From an uncultured Deinococcaceae bacterium (lineage in GTDB: Bacteria > Deinococcota > Deinococci > Deinococcales > Deinococcaceae): a stretch of DNA of 15,476 bases. A program made the position numbers and the translations under genes. Location of the stretch: positions 1-15,476 of the forward strand of contig CAXULY010000074.1 in the NCBI GenBank assembly GCA_964252075.1. Direction: 5' to 3'. Positions 8,837 to 15,476 of the stretch are shown here, one piece after another. The notes under the pieces are model-generated. The model was not told the origin of the DNA and made no database searches. It saw only the letters and a program-made list of their open reading frames with translations. Numbering within the stretch: position 1 is the stretch's first letter; each line of letters starts with the position of its first letter.

Positions 8837-10746
8837 CCGTGCCCCTCACCCCGCACGCCACCGCCCTGCACCCCACCGCCTTTCAGGAACTGCCGCTCGG
8901 CGCGGTCCGGGCGCGCGGCTGGCTGCTGGACCAGCTGCGGCTGCAGGCGGACGGCCTGACCGGGCACCTGAGCGAGCTGTGGCCGGACGTCGGCCCGAAC
9001 AGCGCCTGGCTGGGCGGCGACGGCGAGGCCTGGGAGCGCGGGCCCTACCACCTGGACGGCCTGCTGCCGCTCGCCCACCTGCTGGAAGACCCGCGCCTGC
9101 TGGCGCGGGCGCAGACCTGGGTTGAGGCGATCCTGACCAGTCAGCGGGAGGACGGCTTCTTCGGGCCCGCCCAGAACGACGACTGGTGGCCGCGCATGGT
9201 GGCGCTCAAGGCCCTCACCCAGCACGCCGACGCCACCGGGGACGCGCGGGTGGCGCCGTTCATGACCCGTTACTTTCGGTACCAGCTCGCGCAGCTGCCC
9301 GCCCGCCCACTGTTCAGCTGGGGGCAGGTGCGTGGCGCGGACAACGTGCTCAGCGTGTACTGGCTGTACGCGCGGACCGGGGACGCGTGGCTGCTGGACC
9401 TCGCCGCCCTGCTGTTCGAGCAGACCGCGAACTGGGGCGAATTCCTGACGGAGCGGCTGCCGGCAGGCCCGGCGGGGCAATTCCATCACCTGACGCACGG
9501 CCCGAACGTGGCGATGGGCCTCAAGACGCCCGCCCTGCGCCACCTGCTGGATGGGGACCCGGCGCAGCGTGAGGTCACGGACGCCGCCCTGGCGAACCTG
9601 GACGCCAAGCACGGCCTGGTGCATGGCCTCTTCAGCGGCGATGAGTGGCTGGGTGGGCGCGAGCCGCACCACGGCGTGGAGACCTGCCAGGTGGTGGAGT
9701 TCATGTTCAGCCTGGAGCAGCTGGTGCGCGTCTTCGGGGACGGGCGTTACGCGGACACCCTGGAGCTGGCCGCCTACAACCACCTGCCCGCCAGCTGCAC
9801 GGCGGACATGACCGCCCATCAGTACCACCAGCAGGCCAATCAGGTGCTGGTGTCGGTCGCCACGCGCGACTGGAGCTTCAGTGGGGACGACGCGAACGTG
9901 TTCGGGCTGGAGCCGCACTTCGGCTGCTGCACCGCCAACCTGCACCAGGGGTGGCCCAAGTTCGTCCGCGCGATGTGGATGGGCACGCCCGAGGGCGGCC
10001 TCGCGGCGGTCGCCCTCGGGCCGAGCGAGGTGGAGGCACACCTGGCGGGGACGCCCGTTCGCGTCACCTGCCACACCGCCTACCCCTTCGAGGAGACCCT
10101 GGGATACACCGTCGAGGTGGCCCGCCCAGTGCGCTTCCCCCTGCATTTGCGTGTGCCCGGCTGGTGCGAAGGGGCGGCGCTGACGCTGGACGGCGAGGCC
10201 CTGGAGGTCACGCCGAACGATCGGGGCTTCGCGGTGATCGAGCGCGAATGGCGGGGCGGCGAGCGCCTGGACCTGCACCTCCCTATGATGGTGCGGGCTA
10301 TGCCGCGCGAGCGCGGGGCGCTGGGTCTGCGCCTGGGGCCGCTGGTGCTGGCGATCAGCGGCGGCGAAACTTGGACCCGCGTGGCGGACGCGCCGCCGCG
10401 CCCGGACGCGCGCTTTGGCGACTGGGAGGTGCGTCCGCGAAAGTCGTGGAATTTCGGCCTGCAGCTGGACCCGGCGCGGCCCGACGTGGCCTGCCGGGTG
10501 GAGCGGCAGGCGGTCGGGCCGGTGCCCTTCGCGCTGGAGGGCGCCCCGGTGCGGGTGTGGGCGCGCGGGGCGCGGCTGAAGGACTGGGGTCTGGAGCGGC
10601 ACTCTGCCGCGCCGCCGCCCGAGTCGCCCGTGATGACGCGGCTGCCGATGGACCCGGTGCTGCTCGTGCCGTACGGCTGCGCCCGCATCCGGGTGACCGA
10701 GTTCCCCAGGGTGGACGGCCAGGGGCCGGAAGGGCATGGACCGTAG
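8833..10746 (+). CDS. GH127/GH146-type (DUF1680) cysteine glycosidase, beta-L-arabinofuranosidase-like
   Basis: ATGA coupling to the previous gene; LPLGAVRARGWL start; FSGDEWL (acid/base Glu), GVETCQVVE (Zn ligands Glu and Cys), FGCCTAN (nucleophile and Zn Cys pair), TAYPFEE, LHLRVPGW, REWRGGERLDLHLPM, RLGPLVLA, LVPYG. Confidence 0.92.
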   Translation: MTVPLTPHATALHPTAFQELPLGAVRARGWLLDQLRLQADGLTGHLSELWPDVGPNSAWLGGDGEAWERGPYHLDGLLPLAHLLEDPRLLARAQTWVEAILTSQREDGFFGPAQNDDWWPRMVALKALTQHADATGDARVAPFMTRYFRYQLAQLPARPLFSWGQVRGADNVLSVYWLYARTGDAWLLDLAALLFEQTANWGEFLTERLPAGPAGQFHHLTHGPNVAMGLKTPALRHLLDGDPAQREVTDAALANLDAKHGLVHGLFSGDEWLGGREPHHGVETCQVVEFMFSLEQLVRVFGDGRYADTLELAAYNHLPASCTADMTAHQYHQQANQVLVSVATRDWSFSGDDANVFGLEPHFGCCTANLHQGWPKFVRAMWMGTPEGGLAAVALGPSEVEAHLAGTPVRVTCHTAYPFEETLGYTVEVARPVRFPLHLRVPGWCEGAALTLDGEALEVTPNDRGFAVIEREWRGGERLDLHLPMMVRAMPRERGALGLRLGPLVLAISGGETWTRVADAPPRPDARFGDWEVRPRKSWNFGLQLDPARPDVACRVERQAVGPVPFALEGAPVRVWARGARLKDWGLERHSAAPPPESPVMTRLPMDPVLLVPYGCARIRVTEFPRVDGQGPEGHGP

Positions 10747-10750
10747 GGGA

Positions 10751-10796
10751 ACCGGCGCACGGCGGGCATCGCCTCCCTCCACGCCCGTCGGTCGGT
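10751..10796 (+). terminator. Imperfect stem-loop closing the operon
   Basis: CGGCGGGC (10760-10767) / GCCCGTCG (10783-10790) plus outer ACCGGC/GTCGGT, starting 4 nt after the TAG; large loop, no U-tract. Confidence 0.3.
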
Positions 10797-10994
10797 GACT
10801 GAACATGCGGGTCCGGAAGGGCCGGGGTGAACGCAGGGCCGCCGTTCAAGCGTGCGGGGATGCGCGGTCCTGCGGTGCGCCTCCCCGCGGGCAGCCCGGG
10901 TCTGGCCCGCTTGAAGCCGCAGCGGGCGGACCGCACGGCGTTCGGGGCCCTGCCGTCCTGAGCGCAGTGCGCTCACCGCCCTTCGCGGTCCCTG

Positions 10995-11301
10995 AGCAGG
11001 CGGTCGACCGCTCCGCTCAGGGGGCCAGAAGACCAGGAACAGCGTGCCGTACTCCAGGTGCTCGCGCACGCGCGGCCACCTTGCCGCCCCGCTTGGCGCG
11101 TTCGGCCGACGACGGATGGCCCATCACGAGAAGCACAACCTGACGCTGTTGCGGGCAGTCAGCCCAGTGCGGCCGAATCAGGTGTGGCAGGCTGGCCTGA
11201 CGTCCGTGCGGCTCCAGCCGGGCGTCGTTCGCCAAGCGTGCGTGCTGAACGGCTTCACGCATGAGGTGCTGGGCTGACCCCGGTCAAAGCTCCTCAATGG
11301 A
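10995..11301 (+). mobile_element. Degenerate IS3-family transposase (OrfB) fragment
   Basis: SRRSTAPLRG...RAVLQVLAHARPPCRPAWRVRPTTDG, frameshift near 11120, then LLRAVSPVRPNQVWQAGLTSVRLQPGVVRQACVLNGFTHEVLG*PRSKLLNG. This follows the IS3 pattern GYRR..HKRVLRLM..PTTDS..RPNQVWxADLTYV..YLAxVLDxFxRxxVGW; first catalytic Asp reads Gly and the Trp codon reads TGA; no terminal IRs seen. Confidence 0.85.
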
Positions 11302-11572
11302 CAGACCGTCACGGACCTGGACCGGTTCGGCCACGCCACCGTCCAGCTTGAGGGGCCGCTGACGTGGCCGCTGCGCCAGTGCCGCACCCGGGTGAACGAC
11401 GGGCCGCGTGTGCTGGACAGCGTGGATCGCCCAATTTCCGTGGAGCGCCTGCTGCGCGACCTCAGCATCGACGGACAGGCCCCCATCACCTCCTGAGCCG
11501 CACCTCAAACGCCCTTCACGTCACATGGCGATGAACAGGGCCACCGCCGCCCGACGATGACCCACGCCCACG

Positions 11573-11776
11573 ATGCTTGGGGAAGCCAACGTCCAGCGGG
11601 TGCGGCAAAGGCCGAACTCAACGGGCGTGTTGGTGGTGTGCCACAACGACCGGCCGCGGCCGGTCAGGGGCGATGAACTCGCCTTGCACGGCCAGCAGCA
11701 CGAAGTGCCGCGGGTCAAGTGGTCCACCACCAGTGCTGTCGGCGCCGTGGTGCGGTTCACGCCCGTGCCGGGCTGA
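11573..11776 (+). CDS. Small hypothetical protein or gene remnant (67 aa)
   Basis: GC3-rich codons and a beta-strand-like pattern (GVLVVCH, RGDELALHGQQHEV); start is uncertain and no RBS is evident. Confidence 0.3.
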   Translation: MLGEANVQRVRQRPNSTGVLVVCHNDRPRPVRGDELALHGQQHEVPRVKWSTTSAVGAVVRFTPVPG

Positions 11777-12318
11777 AGCGGACAGGCACCGGGCCTGAGG
11801 GAGCCGCCGACTCAGACGCCGTGCCCGGCAAAGGCCCTCGGGGTGGACTGGCGACTGTGGGGGCGCGCGGGTGCCGGTTTCGTCCCCGACGCCGCTCAGG
11901 TCGCCCTCGCTGCGGCAAGCGGTGTTCCAGGGCGTGTCCCTCAGGAGCGGCGCGTTGAAGGGCGTGCGCCCATGCTCAGGGGCGCGGTCGGTGCAGGTCA
12001 GCACCGCACCGCCACCACCCGCATCCACCTGCAGCGTTCTTGGGCGGGAAGACGGGCGTTCAAAAAGCTGTCGGCACAGCGCCACGCTGCGTTCCGGACG
12101 GGCTTTTGCTTTGGTCGCGGGCCGCGTCGCCCCGCCCTTGCTGTCCCGGTCGAGGTGCGTGAAACCCGTGCGGGCATCGGCGCCCTGCGGGGCAAGGCGG
12201 CGGAGCGTGGCTGGCGGTCCGCCCTGCACTCAGCCAACACCGCGCGGAGGTCATCGTCGGTCTTCGCCGCGCGCACCGCCTCAAACAGGCCCGCCTCGAA
12301 GCGGGCGTCCAGGTCCAT
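11618..12318 (-). pseudogene. Frameshifted hypothetical gene
   Basis: ATG at 12318 behind GGAGG/GAAGG; helical N-terminus MDLDARFEAGLFEAVRAAKTDDDLRAVLAEC, then protein-like sequence continues in the 11618..12229 frame (ARTGFTHLDRD...SVALCRQLFERP). The 3' boundary is uncertain. Confidence 0.35.
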
Positions 12319-12396
12319 CACGCCTTCGCCACGCCTCCCGACCTTCGGTGGGTTCGCGGTGAAGGGCGCCTCGCAGACCATCCACGTGCATGGTCA

Positions 12397-12421
12397 TGCG
12401 CCCGCCGGAGCGGCGGGCGCA
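12397..12421 (-). terminator. 11-bp perfect stem-loop downstream of the 12459-12740 gene
   Basis: TGCGCCCGCCG (12397-12407) / CGGCGGGCGCA (12411-12421), 3-nt loop, 37 nt past the minus-strand stop; no U-tract. Confidence 0.55.
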
Positions 12422-12458
12422 CGGGTGGGATGACGGTTGTGGCCGTGCGCGACGGCGT

Positions 12459-12740
12459 TCAGGGGTGGCGTTCCGGCTTGGAGGGCGATTTGTGGGGTGC
12501 GGACTGGAGGCGCTCGAAGGTGCGGACTTCGGCGTCCGGGTCGCCAACCTCGTACAGCCAGCAGCCGTCGAAGGTGGGCGTGAGGAGGCGGAAGAGGGGG
12601 CGCTCGCCGCCGGGGCCGAACCGGCGGATGAACACCGTGCTGTTGGGGGGAAGATGTCGTTGATCGTCGCTGATCACCAGGCACAGCAGGTGGTCTTCCT
12701 GCGGGTCAGGTTCGATGGGGTCCGGGCGCAGTCTCACCAC
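12459..12740 (-). CDS. Small hypothetical protein (about 93 aa), probably leaderless
   Basis: GTG start at 12740 or 12737; MVRLRPDPIEPDPQEDHLLCLVISDDQRHLPPNSTVFIRRFGPGGERPLFRLLTPTFDGCWLYEVGDPDAEVRTFERL...; coding-like codon use begins here rather than at 13232; AT-rich patch directly upstream and hairpin downstream. Confidence 0.6.
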   Translation of the reverse strand: MVRLRPDPIEPDPQEDHLLCLVISDDQRHLPPNSTVFIRRFGPGGERPLFRLLTPTFDGCWLYEVGDPDAEVRTFERLQSAPHKSPSKPERHP

Positions 12741-12776
12741 CCACTTAATATGTCTCTGGAATACAATTTCGGTCCA
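12741..12776 (-). promoter_or_regulatory. Candidate leaderless promoter overlapped by a 17-bp imperfect dyad
   Basis: Minus strand TGGACC (12776-12771), 18 bp, CATATT (12752-12747), 6 nt, GTG; a locally AT-rich patch. Confidence 0.4.
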
Positions 12777-12985
12777 GCAGATTTTCGCCGCACGGCGCGG
12801 GCCGCACCTGGTGGTCCTGTCCGCGCGTCCAGTCCGTGAGCTCCGGCGAGCGGTTCGTGATCGTGTCCACGGCCGCGCCCGTCCGCGGCGTTGATCACGG
12901 CGACCACCTGGCGCCGCCCGGCGACGAGGTGCGGGACCGCCACGGGCGTTCCCAGCACAGGAGGAAGGGAGCCGCTTGAACGGAA

Positions 12986-13349
12986 TCAGCCGCGCGTCCT
13001 GGTGCTCAGTGAAGGCGCGCTCACCGCTTGACCGCTGCGGGCAGCGGTCAAGCGGTGCATGACCCCGTACGCGAACACGAGCACGAGGAGAACCAGCAGC
13101 GGTGGGGCGTCCACGTGACGGGCGTTGACGATGACGCCCAGCGCGAGCAGCGCGCCCCACACCCACGCCGCTTTCCAGCCGACCCGTTGACCCCTGGCGA
13201 TCAGTGCCGCCATCAGGCCGATGAACGCGCACCGGAAAAGGGGTTTCGCTGAGCGATGACAGCGTTCAGCGCCGCCGCGCGGATCGCCTGTGCAAGGGAC
13301 GGCCCGCGTCCTTCTTGACACGCCCTGGTGCCCTGGCTGCAGCGGTCAT
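12986..13349 (-). pseudogene. Frameshifted small membrane-protein gene divergent from the DGC
   Basis: ATG at 13349 (MTAAARAPGRVKKDAGR), then LAQAIRAAALNAVIAQRNPFSGA, then three hydrophobic segments AFIGLMAALIA / WKAAWVWGALLALGVIV / PPLLVLLVLVFAYGVM; the three pieces lie in three different frames. Confidence 0.45.
13022..13057. repeat. 36-bp palindrome with perfect 17-bp arms and a 2-nt spacer
   Basis: CACCGCTTGACCGCTGC-GG-GCAGCGGTCAAGCGGTG; the arms are exact reverse complements. Confidence 0.95.
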
Positions 13350-13488
13350 GCTCCGGGTGGCGCCGTCAATGACCGGAGCCGCGGGCCTCACGCGCTCGCC
13401 CTTGCCATCGCACAGCCGCGCGACGATGTTGAAACGGGCCGGGTTTTCGGTCCCGCATCCCAAGCCCATCGGCCACAATGAAGCCGTC

Positions 13489-14583
13489 GTGACGCTCCTT
13501 CCCGTCCTCAACGGCGTGCTGGTGAACCTCGCCATCCTGCTGGCGGGCACCTCCCTCACCAGCTTCACCTTCTTCCGCGTGGGTCGCATTGACGTGTGGC
13601 CCGCCCTGCTGTTGCGGTACCTGCTGCTGGCCAGCACGTCCTGCTTCGCGTTGGCGAACGCCGTCCCCCTGGCGCCCGGGCTGTACTTTGACTTCCGCAC
13701 CGTGCCCGTCGCCCTCGTCGCGCGCCGCCACGGGCGCCTCGCGGGTCTCGCCGTTGCCCTGCCGGTGGGGGTGTACCGGTACTTCCTCGGGGGGGCCGGG
13801 GCCATCCCCTCCCTGGCGCAGTTGCTGACCGTCGCGCTGTTCGCCGCACCCAACGGCGTGTGGCTGGACCTTCGCGGGCGTCATGGCCAGACCCTGGCCC
13901 GCACGCCCTGGAAGCCCTTCGCCCTGTTCGCCGGGGCGAACCTGCCGGTGTTCGTGGCGTTCGAGCTCGCGCACGCCCCGCAACTCCACGCGCTGGCGAC
14001 GTACACCGCCCTGACCGTGCTGAGCGCGGTGGGCCTGATGCTCGGGCAGAGCGCCGGGCAGACGCGCCTCAAGGCCCTGGAGCGCGAGCAGCACTTCCGG
14101 TCCCTGGCGTTCACGGACGCCCTCACCGGCGCCTCCAACCGCCGGCAGTTCGAGGCGGACGTCACGGACGCGGACGGGGCGTTTCTGCTGCTGCTGGACC
14201 TGGATCACTTCAAGCGCGTGAACGACACGCACGGGCATGAGGTGGGCGACCGGTTGCTGCGGGCGTTCGTGACGCTGGTGCGCGAGAGCGTCCGGCCCAA
14301 AGATGAGGTGTACCGGCTGGGCGGGGAGGAGTTCGTGGTGCTGCTGCGGGACTGCTCAGCGCCCATGGCGCCGGTGGTGGCGGAACGGGTGAGGGCGCAG
14401 GTGGAAGGGCACCTCGCGCGGCGCGCGGGCCTGCCGGGTGAGGCGGTGACGGTGTCGGGCGGACTGGCGCCGGTGGGGAGTGAAGCGCTGCGCCGCGCCG
14501 ACGACCTGCTGTACGCCGCGAAGACCCAGGGACGCAACCGCGTCCTTGCCGCGGTGACGGTGATGTCCACAGCACCGTCATGA
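13489..14583 (+). CDS. Membrane diguanylate cyclase, 5TM-5TMR_LYT + GGDEF, about 364 aa
   Basis: GLYFDFRTVPVALVARRHGRLAGLAVALPVGVYRYFLGGAGA (5TMR-LYT signature); TDALTGASNRRQF, LDLDHFKRVNDTHGHEVGD, RPKD-x5-GGEEF, RADDLLYAAKTQGRNRV. Start placed at GTG 13489, where the first TM helix begins, 9 nt after CACAAT (13474-13479). Confidence 0.93.
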   Translation: MTLLPVLNGVLVNLAILLAGTSLTSFTFFRVGRIDVWPALLLRYLLLASTSCFALANAVPLAPGLYFDFRTVPVALVARRHGRLAGLAVALPVGVYRYFLGGAGAIPSLAQLLTVALFAAPNGVWLDLRGRHGQTLARTPWKPFALFAGANLPVFVAFELAHAPQLHALATYTALTVLSAVGLMLGQSAGQTRLKALEREQHFRSLAFTDALTGASNRRQFEADVTDADGAFLLLLDLDHFKRVNDTHGHEVGDRLLRAFVTLVRESVRPKDEVYRLGGEEFVVLLRDCSAPMAPVVAERVRAQVEGHLARRAGLPGEAVTVSGGLAPVGSEALRRADDLLYAAKTQGRNRVLAAVTVMSTAPS

Positions 14584-15419
14584 CCGAACCAAGAACGGGC
14601 CGGGCGATGGGAGGTCCATCCAGCGGGACGGTCACACGTGGCGCTGGTCCAGGTTGCAGGGCGGCGGGGATAGCGTGCGGGCGAGCCGCCGAGGAAGTGG
14701 ATGAAGGCGCCGCGACAAGTCCACCCCCGACCGTGCGGAGCAGGTGGAGCGGACGGCCGAAGGGCTGCTTTTCCCGGCGTGTGGGCGCTACCTGGGTACG
14801 ACTGCGCGGTGTGCTCGGTTCGCACGCCGCACCACGGTTCAGGCCATCCGTCACACAGGTGGGGAGGACGCGTGTGGACGCGCACCCTGCCCACCCGCAC
14901 CCCTCCCCTCTTGATTCCCGCCGCGTCACTTTTGTTGTGGGCACCCTTCCCTGTGCGCGGACCACGAGTCAGGGCACAGGCGTCGGCGCTGGACGCCCCG
15001 GCATGCCGCCTCTCGCGGTGGCGTTCCTGCCCGATCCGGTCTGCCCACGGAGGCGCGCCTTTTCCATCGTGAATGGTCGGCCCTCGCGAGGTCTGTGGGC
15101 GCTTGAGCGGGTTTCGCTGTGGACGGTGCGGGACGCGCGTCCAGGCGAACGACACACGGGCCGACTCGACCCATCCTTTCGCCACGCCGCGCCAGCCGGC
15201 ACCGACCTGACAGGGACCATGCCGTGGTGCCCCAGTGCGGTTCAACGGTGGATGTCCGCGTCAGATCGCATGGAGGGTTCAGAAGCCTGCGCGCACCGGC
15301 GTGGGCGGAGGTGCCCAGTCGGCGGTCGTCCAGCGAATCCCGAGGCGGAGGCCGCAAGGCCCGCTCACGCCCAAGGCCAGGCGGGGCGGCGCGTCCCCGA
15401 GAAGTGAACGGGTTCGAGT

Positions 15420-15458
15420 GGGGCGGGCGGCATCCGCATGGCCGACGCCGCCCGCCCC
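15420..15458. terminator. 12-bp GC stem-loop
   Basis: GGGGCGGGCGGC (15420-15431) / GCCGCCCGCCCC (15447-15458), 15-nt loop; could serve a + ORF ending at 15407 or a convergent gene beyond the window. Confidence 0.45.
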
Positions 15459-15476
15459 TCGCTGCCCGACCTGCGG

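Noticed and set aside
1890..11069. Long minus-strand and alternate-frame ORFs (e.g. 1890..3320, 6463..8664, 7409..8749, 8578..10806)
   Set aside because: Shadows of real high-GC genes: Arg/Pro/Gly/Ala-rich, no motifs, and they overlap well-supported CDSs.
13315..13320. Perfect TTGACA -35 hexamer upstream of the DGC
   Set aside because: No -10 box at 16-18 bp spacing.
10846..15106. Recurrent CGCTTGA/TCAAGCG heptamer (10846, 10908, 12973, 13025, 13048, 14210, 15100)
   Set aside because: Picked post hoc, irregularly spaced, one copy is inside GGDEF coding sequence and two belong to the palindrome.
14580..15407. 275-aa + ORF overlapping the DGC stop, and an HD-GYP-like fragment RDKSTPDRAEQVERTAEGL near 14711-14767 in another frame
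   Set aside because: The ORF has poor codon bias and low-complexity composition; the fragment lacks HD and GYP motifs.
1..15476. CRISPR array, tRNA/rRNA, riboswitch, or a REP family made of the scattered hairpins
   Set aside because: No regularly spaced repeats, cloverleaf or known aptamer seen; the hairpins share no common sequence.

Overview
High-GC window, Deinococcus-like by inference (non-lipidated SPI sugar-binding protein, 5TMR-LYT/GGDEF protein, apparent leaderless starts). The core (1951-10746, + strand) is one carbohydrate-utilisation operon: a sigma70-type promoter with two matching 16-bp operators, a LacI repressor, an ABC sugar-binding protein, two permeases (no ATPase), a frameshifted lipoprotein-like remnant, an unassigned 546-aa TIM-barrel glycoside-hydrolase-like protein and a translationally coupled GH127/GH146-type cysteine glycosidase. 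Both flanks (about 100-1900 and 10800-13350) are mostly decayed: a dead IS3 fragment, frameshifted gene pieces and several GC hairpins, including a 36-bp near-perfect palindrome. The right flank also holds one plausible small orphan gene with an RDRM-like box over its promoter, followed by an intact membrane diguanylate cyclase (13489-14583). The best candidate for something undescribed is the unassigned hydrolase + GH127-like enzyme + ABC importer module, whose secreted partner has decayed. All family calls come from motif recognition by eye; no database search was run.
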